From: Bacillota bacterium
Lineage (GTDB): Bacteria > Bacillota > Clostridia > Christensenellales > SZUA-584
Direction of reading: 5' to 3'
DNA: 64,000 nt
Assembly: GCA_023406895.1 (NCBI GenBank)
Contig: JAEXTV010000016.1
Coordinates: 64,663 to 128,662, forward strand
Positions 57,426 to 64,000 of the stretch are shown here, piece by piece. Numbering within the stretch: the first letter of the stretch is position 1; each line of letters begins with the position of its first letter. A program made the translations under genes and the position numbers. The notes under the pieces are model-generated. The model did no database searches, was not told the DNA's origin, and worked only from the letters and a program-made list of their open reading frames with translations.

Positions 57426-57456
57426 AAACGGCAGGCACTAGCCCGCCGTTTTTTTG
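57426..57456 (+). terminator. Rho-independent terminator
   Basis: AAACGGCAGGC-acta-GCCCGCCGTTT followed by TTTTG. Confidence 0.6.
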
Positions 57457-57744
57457 TTTCAGGCACAATATCTCTAATCGGACAGCCGCAAAACATCTCA
57501 CGCCTGAGGCATCTATATGGAGAATTACTGTCTCAGCGTCATAAAAATCTCTTATATCATCCAACAGCTGCCCTTTGAGGTGGATTGCGGCTGTCACCGA
57601 CAGGTGACCGGGGGGGATAAAGAGCGGCTCAAAACCAGTCACATCACGGGCACTTCATACCGACTCCCGATTCGTCGCTTCGGAACGGGCCATCACAGGT
57701 TGGTTTCAAGGCTTAGTGGCAGCGCGAAGCAGCCTTTCTTCTTA

Positions 57745-57773
57745 TTGTCTTAATGGCTTTGATGGATTATAAT
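57745..57773 (+). promoter_or_regulatory. Sigma-70-type promoter of the phzF-like gene
   Basis: TTGTCT, a 17-nt spacer, then TATAAT. Confidence 0.6.
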
Positions 57774-57805
57774 GGCTCAAAACCGGCTGAAAGGCGGTGC
57801 CCTTC

Positions 57806-58684
57806 ATGAATTCATATGCTTACAAAAAAATCGACGCGTTCACATCGGGTGAGTCTCTTGGAAATCCGGCCGCCTGCCTGTTTCTTCGCGAAGGTGAAAA
57901 ATTCACCGAAGACCAAATGCAGTTTATTGCCGCTCAGCACAAGGGCTTTGTCTCCGAAGTGGTCTATTGCTTTGAGGCTCGCGGCGAATACACGCTTTAT
58001 TATTATTCCTCCGAATGCGAAGTCAATTTCTGCGGACATGGCACCATCGCCTGTATGCACAGCCTGATCAAACAAACACCGCGTCTGCTTTCTTTAAGCG
58101 CGTTCACTGTTCGCACGCACAAAAAAGGCATTCTGACCGTTTATAACCGGATTTGCGACGAAGACGCGGTTTATATCGCCGCGCCCGAGCCCATTTTTAT
58201 CGGCACGGCGCTGACAAAAAAGGACACCGCACAGGCACTCTGCATCGCTGAAGACCGTCTGGACAGCGCGTATCCGCTCGATTTGATTGACGCGGGGCTC
58301 AGAACGCTGATCGTGCCGGTTTGCTGCCTCGCGGACGAAATCAGCCTCTATCCCGACGAATCACAGCTCAAAGCATTCTGCGAAAATGCCGATATCGACA
58401 TCGTCCTCATTTTCTCCATGCAAACTCAGGGCAGCAGCTTTCACGCACACACCCGCGTTTTCGCGCCGCGCTTCGGATACCTCGAAGACCCTGCCACCGG
58501 CTCCGCCAACAGCGCTTTCGGGCATTATATGCGCAAATACGGCTTTTGGGACGGCTCCGCCGTCGCACTTGAGCAGGGCGGTGACAACCGCGTTTTTAAC
58601 ACCGTGAGGCTGCGGGTGCACGAGGGTCATCTGCTCTTCGGCGGCAGCGCCACCGTCCGTATAAATGGGCAATATTCACTATAG
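57806..58684 (+). CDS. PhzF-family isomerase
   Basis: I moved the start to MNSYAYKKIDAFT. Motifs GNPAAC, EVNFCGHGT and EDPATGSANSAFG. Confidence 0.85.
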   Translation: MNSYAYKKIDAFTSGESLGNPAACLFLREGEKFTEDQMQFIAAQHKGFVSEVVYCFEARGEYTLYYYSSECEVNFCGHGTIACMHSLIKQTPRLLSLSAFTVRTHKKGILTVYNRICDEDAVYIAAPEPIFIGTALTKKDTAQALCIAEDRLDSAYPLDLIDAGLRTLIVPVCCLADEISLYPDESQLKAFCENADIDIVLIFSMQTQGSSFHAHTRVFAPRFGYLEDPATGSANSAFGHYMRKYGFWDGSAVALEQGGDNRVFNTVRLRVHEGHLLFGGSATVRINGQYSL

Positions 58685-59077
58685 CGAATTCGCCGCGGCA
58701 TTTTCTCTCATAAAAGCAGCACATCAAGTGTGCAAATCTTATGGAGCGGGTGATCTTCTCTGCCGTGTCCTCAACTCTTGTCATAAGATAAAGACATATT
58801 CGTCTCTTGCTTAAGCTCGTTTCGGCTTTTTTAACCTTGCCGGTACCCTGATAATACGCAAACAAGGCTGCGCAGCTTAATATTTTCACAAAGCCCCGAT
58901 CAACAGGAATGGCCTTTCCGGCGAACCTGTTTTCGTAAGATTTTTCATTTCTTAAACGTTTTCGTAAGTAAATTGCCAATTATGCTGCGATAGGTAAAAA
59001 AAGTACTTATTTACGGTAATAATAGTGCGTTCTCTATCGATACGCGCATGGTATGATGGCTGTATAACAATGATAAG

Positions 59078-60571
59078 GTGGTATTGACTTTGAAAAAATT
59101 TCTGGTTGCCGGTCTTATTTTCGCACTGTTCTTTGCCGCTGCATGCAGCCCGACGGAAACCGCTGTCATCACAGAAACCGTCACCCCCGCAGATTCCGCG
59201 GATACCGCGGCACCGGCTGAAGAAGCCATCAGCGCCGATTGGATGTGTTCCACTCAAAACGATCCTTGGCAGGTCTGTGATCCGGTACCGGTTGTTTCCG
59301 ACGGCTCTTCAAAAGCTGACATCACCATCGATACAACAAAGTTAAAACAGGAAGTCACAGGGTTCGGCGGCGCTTTTAATGAAAAGGGCTGGGAGGCGAT
59401 TTCCGTGCTGACACCCGAAGAAAAAGATGCCGTAATCGCCGCGATGTTCGATCCCGTGGACGGCGCTAAATTCAATCTCGGCCGTGTGCCCATCGGCGCG
59501 AGCGATTATGCCGTTTCCCGCTATACGCTGAATGAAACCGACGGCGATTACGAAATGAACGATTTTTCCATTGACCGTGACAAAGAAAACCTGATTCCGT
59601 ATATCAAAGCTGCCATGGCATACCAGCCGAACCTCAAGGTTTGGGGCTCCGCCTGGACGCCGCCCGCCTGGATGAAAACCAACGGCGATTATGACGGCGG
59701 CAGCATGAAGGATGACCCAAAGATCTATGACGCTTACGCGCTGTATCTGCAGCGGTTCGTGGAAGCCTACCAAGCGGAAGGTATCAATCTTTATGCAGTG
59801 GCCGTGCAGAACGAACCCGACATCGAGCGGAACTACCCGACCTGCCTTTGGAAGCCCGCGCAGATACGCACTTTCGTCGCGGAACATCTGGGGCCGCTTT
59901 TTGAGGCGAACGACGTGGATGCTGAAATTATGCTCGGCACGTTTGATGACGGCAAATTTGTGAAATACCCGAAATTATTAAACGATGCGGATGTGAACAA
60001 ATACACGTCCATCGTGGGTTACCAATGGAGCGGTCTGGACGCTGTCGCACAGACTCGCAGCATGTTCCCCGATAAACAGATCTATCAAACCGAAACCAAG
60101 TGCGGCAATCACAACTGGGAGCCCGGCTATAACCCGGATCGCCCGCCGAACGACTGGGCCTACGGCATTTACACATGGAACCTGATCAAGGACTACTTTG
60201 ACCAGGGCGTGAATGCCTATTTTCTTTGGAATATGGTGCTCGACGAGGAAGGCAAGAGCATTGATTCGCAAAACCCGTGGCCGCAAAATGCCGCAATTAC
60301 CGTGGATAAAAGCACAGGTAAAGTCACCTGCACACCGATGTTTTATGCGTTTAAGCACTTTACGTATTATGTGGCACCGGGCGCGCGTTATGTGGATATC
60401 GCCCGTGCCGAGGATGCCGTTGCGTTTCTGAACCCTGATGGCAGCCTTGTGATTGAGCTGCAGAACCAGAATGCGCAGCCCAAGACTGTCACCATCAGCG
60501 CAGACGGGCAAACGCTCACGGTGCAGCTTCCTGCGATGTCTTGGAGCACTCTGATGATCCCTGGTCACTAA
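59078..60571 (+). CDS. Glycoside hydrolase family 30 lipoprotein
   Basis: Lipobox (FFAAAC) plus GFGGAFNEKGW, WTPPAWMK and AVAVQNEPD (acid/base Glu context). The exact start is uncertain (GTG/TTG). Confidence 0.85.
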   Translation: MVLTLKKFLVAGLIFALFFAAACSPTETAVITETVTPADSADTAAPAEEAISADWMCSTQNDPWQVCDPVPVVSDGSSKADITIDTTKLKQEVTGFGGAFNEKGWEAISVLTPEEKDAVIAAMFDPVDGAKFNLGRVPIGASDYAVSRYTLNETDGDYEMNDFSIDRDKENLIPYIKAAMAYQPNLKVWGSAWTPPAWMKTNGDYDGGSMKDDPKIYDAYALYLQRFVEAYQAEGINLYAVAVQNEPDIERNYPTCLWKPAQIRTFVAEHLGPLFEANDVDAEIMLGTFDDGKFVKYPKLLNDADVNKYTSIVGYQWSGLDAVAQTRSMFPDKQIYQTETKCGNHNWEPGYNPDRPPNDWAYGIYTWNLIKDYFDQGVNAYFLWNMVLDEEGKSIDSQNPWPQNAAITVDKSTGKVTCTPMFYAFKHFTYYVAPGARYVDIARAEDAVAFLNPDGSLVIELQNQNAQPKTVTISADGQTLTVQLPAMSWSTLMIPGH

Positions 60572-60629
60572 GTACCATTACTCATCTTTTTCTCTTCATT
60601 GATTTGACGTTATTTCCTTTCCTTTTTGG

Positions 60630-60661
60630 TTTCTGCTATTTGTCAATAGCAGAAATTTTTT
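60630..60661 (+). terminator. Rho-independent terminator
   Basis: TTTCTGCTATT-tgtc-AATAGCAGAAA followed by TTTTTT. Confidence 0.85.
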
Positions 60662-60662
60662 A

Positions 60663-60691
60663 TTGACATGCGTAACAGTGTTATGTTACGC
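60663..60691 (+). promoter_or_regulatory. Promoter -35 box plus palindromic operator upstream of the YhbD-like operon
   Basis: TTGACA (60663-60668) is followed immediately by GCGTAACA-gtgtta-TGTTACGC (60670-60691). Confidence 0.45.
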
Positions 60692-60714
60692 TCTAAACAC
60701 AGGAGGAACAGTAA

Positions 60715-61353
60715 ATGGAAGAAGAACTGATATCCAAGAAAGACCTGCTTGAACGCGCGGATATTTCATACGGTCAGCTTTACCGCTGGAAGCGCAAAGG
60801 GCTGATTCCGGAAGACTGGTTTATCCGCAAGTCTACTTATACGGGACAGGAAACCTTTTTCCCGCGGGCCAAGGTGCTCTCGCGCATCGAAAAAATAAAG
60901 AATTTGAAAGAGGACGTCTCTCTTGATGATATTGCCGATGTGTTTTCGCCCGGTCAAGGCGATGCGGCGCTGTCGTATGAAGAAATAAAGGGCAAAGGGC
61001 TGGTGTCGTCCGACGTGCTCGATATTTACTTAAAGGACCGCGGCGAGATCACACGCTTCGATTTCAGCGAGATTCGGCTGATTTATATTTTTAATAGCCT
61101 GCTCGTCTCGGGAAGCGTCAGTCTCGATGAAGGTCGGCTCGTTCTCGACTTGCTGCGCACCGGATTGCTGCGTTTTGACGGCGCGTCTTTTGATGCGATC
61201 CTCGCGCGCAAGCTTGGCAGCTTTTGCTGCTTCGCGGTTCCCGCCGGAAGCGAAGTATGCCTTGATAAAGACATGCGGCTGTTAAGCCGCATCAGTCTGC
61301 CGGCCGTCACCGAAGAATTGAAATTAAAAATGTTTGAGGAGGAAAATAGATGA
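60715..61353 (+). CDS. YhbD-like (DUF4004) protein with a MerR-like N-terminal HTH
   Basis: ISKKDLLERADISYGQLYRWKRKGLIPEDWFIRKSTYTGQETFFPR. Confidence 0.65.
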   Translation: MEEELISKKDLLERADISYGQLYRWKRKGLIPEDWFIRKSTYTGQETFFPRAKVLSRIEKIKNLKEDVSLDDIADVFSPGQGDAALSYEEIKGKGLVSSDVLDIYLKDRGEITRFDFSEIRLIYIFNSLLVSGSVSLDEGRLVLDLLRTGLLRFDGASFDAILARKLGSFCCFAVPAGSEVCLDKDMRLLSRISLPAVTEELKLKMFEEENR

Positions 61354-62084
61354 GTCAAAATGAAGGGCTTGCTGATCTTCAGATCAGCGGATACGGCAGT
61401 GTGCCGGGCGGAAAGTTTGCATCCGTGAAGATTCTCGGGCGGGGTAAAATCACGGGGGATCTGGACTGTGAAGAATTTGTGATCAGCGGCTCGGGCGACG
61501 TGATCGGCGCGCTGACCTGTAAGCAGATGTTTGTGAACGGTTCGGGTGATATGGCCGGTGAAGTGACGACCGGCGTGCTGAAAGTGCGCGGCTCGGCCAA
61601 TTTCAACGCCCATGTTAAAGCGGATGACACATCGATATCCGGCTCAGCCACAGTGAAAAACGGCCTCGAGGCACAAACTGTAAAGGTCAGCGGATCCGTG
61701 AAAATAAAAGGCGATGTGAGCGCGGAGACCTTCAGCTCGACAGGGCGTTTTGAAGTGGACGGCCTCTTAAACGCTGAGAATGTAGATGTTCACCTTGACT
61801 GGAGCACAAGCAAAGCCAAAGAAATCGGCGGCGAATCCATCACCGTGATGAACGGCACGAAGGGGTTCAGTCTCATATCCATCGTGACGCTCGGCACACA
61901 CAGCCCGCGCCTCGAAGCGGATCTCATTGAGGGTGAGCGTATCATACTCGAAAACACCACGGCAAAAGCTGTTCGCGGTACCCATATCACAATCGGCGAC
62001 GGCTGCGACATTGGTGTTGTGGAATACAAAGGGGCTTACCACAAATCCGGCAGCGCCAAAGTGGGCGACGAGAAGAAGATCTGA
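61350..62084 (+). CDS. Polymer-forming cytoskeletal (bactofilin-like, YhbE/YhbF-type) protein
   Basis: Repetitive beta-helix-type segments (GSGDVIGALTC..VNGSGDMAGEV..VRGSANFNAHV..ISGSATVKNGL..VSGSVKIKGDV). ATGA overlap with the upstream gene. Confidence 0.7.
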   Translation: MSQNEGLADLQISGYGSVPGGKFASVKILGRGKITGDLDCEEFVISGSGDVIGALTCKQMFVNGSGDMAGEVTTGVLKVRGSANFNAHVKADDTSISGSATVKNGLEAQTVKVSGSVKIKGDVSAETFSSTGRFEVDGLLNAENVDVHLDWSTSKAKEIGGESITVMNGTKGFSLISIVTLGTHSPRLEADLIEGERIILENTTAKAVRGTHITIGDGCDIGVVEYKGAYHKSGSAKVGDEKKI

Positions 62085-62144
62085 CATTGGCTTTTGGCAT
62101 AAACCCCTTTGGTCCGCGGAATTCCAACCGCTGAAAATCTATAG

Positions 62145-62249
62145 GTTCTCCTTTGAGGAAAGGTTGTTGCCGTCCGGCGACTGAGGGGTGCGATTCCGTC
62201 ATTCAAATGCCCCTCATCCGGCCTCGGCCGCTTTCCCCCGACGGAGAAC
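62145..62249. repeat. 105-nt composite palindromic element with 7-bp terminal inverted repeats
   Basis: GTTCTCC...GGAGAAC termini. The arms are B-type (CTCCTTTGAGGAAAGGTTGTTGCCGTCCGGCGACTGAGGGGTG). The core has GATTCCGTCATTC and the hairpin GAGGGG..CCCCTC. Confidence 0.7.
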
Positions 62250-62368
62250 TTTTGTTTTGTATAAACTCCGAACGATTTGAGCGCACACGGATTTTCACCA
62301 TATCCGGAACTGTTCCTATCTTGCGTTGCCGGATGATCATTCCATAAAAAAAGGCCTGATATCACAAA

Positions 62369-62944
62369 CTACTCTAGGTCGAAACAATATGCGCCGTAAT
62401 CCATCTGCGTTTGGATCTTCTTTCGCACCTCTTTGCCCGCGATCTTCTCGCAGAGATACAGCCCCAAATCGATCGCGGACGTCACGCCCCGCGCCGTGAT
62501 GACACTGCCTTCATCCGCAATGCGATCCTCGCTAGGCTGCTCTGTAAAACGGGCAAGGTACTGCATCAGCGACGGATGCGTGGTCGCGCGCTTTTCCTTC
62601 AGGTATCCCGCCGCGCCAAGCACAAGCGTTCCCCCGCATACCGCCGTCATCACGGTATGCGATGCCGCGCTTTTGATCCAGCGCATAAAAGCCATGTCGC
62701 TAAGCAGCGCAGAGACGCCGTTGCCGCCCGGTATGAAAATGTAGTCATAGCCCCCAAGCCGGCCTTCCACCTGATCCACGGTAATCTGCAGTCCCTCAAT
62801 CGTGCGCACCGTCGGCTTCATCGCGCACACGCTGTATTCGAACGTCTCTATAAATCCCATCGTTTTGAGCCGCGTCACCGGATCGTAAACGCCCGCGAAA
62901 TCCAGCAGCGTGAGCCCATCGTAAACAATAAACGCGAACTTCAA
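62369..62944 (-). CDS. DJ-1/PfpI-family protein
   Basis: Nucleophile-elbow Cys context (VMTAVCGGTLVLGAAGYL). Confidence 0.85.
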   Translation of the reverse strand: MKFAFIVYDGLTLLDFAGVYDPVTRLKTMGFIETFEYSVCAMKPTVRTIEGLQITVDQVEGRLGGYDYIFIPGGNGVSALLSDMAFMRWIKSAASHTVMTAVCGGTLVLGAAGYLKEKRATTHPSLMQYLARFTEQPSEDRIADEGSVITARGVTSAIDLGLYLCEKIAGKEVRKKIQTQMDYGAYCFDLE

Positions 62945-63002
62945 AGCGATCCCCTTCTTTCGGTAAAGAATATCTCACAGCAGCGCCATAACGCGCGCCA
63001 GC

Positions 63003-64000
63003 TCAGCCGCCAAGCCCGCAGACGTTCACAAGCTTTTTGAATATATCCGTGTTGTCATATGAACCGCTGAATGTTTCCGCGCCCGCACCATACGCGTAAA
63101 CGGGCACAAGGCTGCCCGTATGCACGTACGACGCCCAGCCGATGCCCGCCTTATTGTTGAGCAAGTGCGTCAGCGTCACCGTGAGCGGCTCATAGCCGCC
63201 GTACAGAAGCCGGGCCTCCGCCGTATCCGGCGGCCCGTTCAGTGAGGCCTCGAGCGCTTCCGCGAGCTTTTCATAATCGTCCGCGGTCAGCACGCGCGCC
63301 GCGTTTTCCTCCAAAGCCGCCTCCGCGTCATCGGGCGAAATGAGCCCGAAATGTTGCTTGATCACGGGCAGCACGTCGCTCATCAGCAGATTCGGGTTCT
63401 CCTTTTTCATCGTCTCAAAAATTTTATCAAACGCGGAATATGAAACCGTTTGCCCCGAAAGCAGCGAATAATTCGTGTTGTAGCCGGTGCCCGCATAGCC
63501 AAGCGCCATACCGCCCGTCTCATGGTCCCCCGTCACGAGGATCAGCGTTTCATCAGGATGTGCCTGCGCGAAATTGACCGCCGCCGACACGGCCTCCTCG
63601 AGCACAAGCGTCTCGGCAATCGACGTTGCCGCGTCGTTGGCGTGGCATGCCCAGTCGATCATGCCCGATTCGCAGACCATAAAAAATCCATCGTCGTTAT
63701 CAAGCACGCGTATTCCCGCGCGCACAAAATCCGCAAGTTTCAGGTCATCTTGAGCCGCATCGAGCGCAAAAGGCATTGCGCCCTTGGTCTGCAGCGCCGG
63801 GCTCACCGCGTATACCTTTCCAAGGCTGCTATCAAGCGCCGCAATCTCCTCTTTGGTATCGGCGATGGTGTAGCCGTTCTGTTCGAGCAGCTCAAACACA
63901 TCCTGTTCATCTCCTTTGGCCCCCGCCGGATTCACCAACGAGCCGCCGCCGAAATAATCCACGCCGCTGTCCGGCATCTGCAGCGCAATGTCGTGGTAAT
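63003..64000 (-). CDS. Alkaline phosphatase (PhoA family), N-terminus outside the window
   Basis: FMVCESGMIDWACHANDA, LILVTGDHETGGM and SYVHTG. The frame stays open upstream of the listed Met to the window edge (..YHDIALQMPDSG). Confidence 0.88.
   Translation of the reverse strand, partial: YHDIALQMPDSGVDYFGGGSLVNPAGAKGDEQDVFELLEQNGYTIADTKEEIAALDSSLGKVYAVSPALQTKGAMPFALDAAQDDLKLADFVRAGIRVLDNDDGFFMVCESGMIDWACHANDAATSIAETLVLEEAVSAAVNFAQAHPDETLILVTGDHETGGMALGYAGTGYNTNYSLLSGQTVSYSAFDKIFETMKKENPNLLMSDVLPVIKQHFGLISPDDAEAALEENAARVLTADDYEKLAEALEASLNGPPDTAEARLLYGGYEPLTVTLTHLLNNKAGIGWASYVHTGSLVPVYAYGAGAETFSGSYDNTDIFKKLVNVCGLGG

Noticed and set aside
58596-59257. Minus-strand ORFs (127 and 101 aa) in and around the phzF-GH30 intergenic region.
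   Set aside because: No RBS and no motifs. One overlaps the GH30 start, including its lipoprotein signal peptide. They are judged spurious. The 390-nt spacer itself showed nothing I could interpret.
1-64000. A search for prophage, transposon, integron, CRISPR-Cas, restriction-modification, toxin-antitoxin or other defence islands, and for tRNA/rRNA genes.
   Set aside because: I found no integrase, transposase, recombinase, cas, methyltransferase or nuclease signatures in any frame I read, and no tRNA-like T-arm motifs. The window appears to be core chromosome, apart from the small AT-rich orphan at 20.4 kb.

Overview
This 64 kb window looks like ordinary chromosome from a mid/high-GC Firmicute, probably a Clostridia (Oscillospiraceae/Ruminococcaceae-like) gut organism. 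That placement rests on rpsF-ssb-rpsR, veg, cdaA-cdaR, many lipobox lipoproteins and GGAGG ribosome-binding sites. I call about 55 protein genes. They include:
- an HK/RR pair with a permease and an exported DUF362-like lipoprotein
- glgP and malQ next to a LacI regulator and the deletion scar of a sugar ABC importer
- an RR-GGDEF cyclase and a repeat-rich surface protein
- a PfkB kinase and a DtxR-type repressor
- a GntR/ABC-2 exporter and a TetR plus heterodimeric ABC exporter
- an FprA/rubredoxin/DUF1858 oxygen-detoxification trio
- ApbE/NusG-II/Gx-transporter
- tkt, folD, cysK, hisC, tag and lplA
- two tandem family-4-type UDGs, one of them frameshifted
- an MMPL transporter with a heptad-repeat partner
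- an amino-acid ABC importer with two binding proteins
- PhzF, GH30, a YhbD-like regulator with a bactofilin-like protein, DJ-1 and a partial alkaline phosphatase

Three calls are not in the ORF track: a ZTP (pfl) riboswitch with promoter and terminator in front of folD, a 52 aa rubredoxin, and a 5'-partial histidine kinase at the left edge.

I saw no rRNA, tRNA, CRISPR array, transposase, integrase or recognisable defence/toxin system, and I cannot point to an unambiguous novel multi-gene system. The most unexplained items are:
- a ~960 bp ORF-free, hairpin-rich region (36.3-37.3 kb) upstream of a PQ-loop/SemiSWEET-like gene
- the TCS-permease-exported-DUF362 operon with 11-bp phased repeats
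- the cysteine-free UDG paralog beside a broken canonical UDG
- a composite palindromic repeat family at 10 or more intergenic sites
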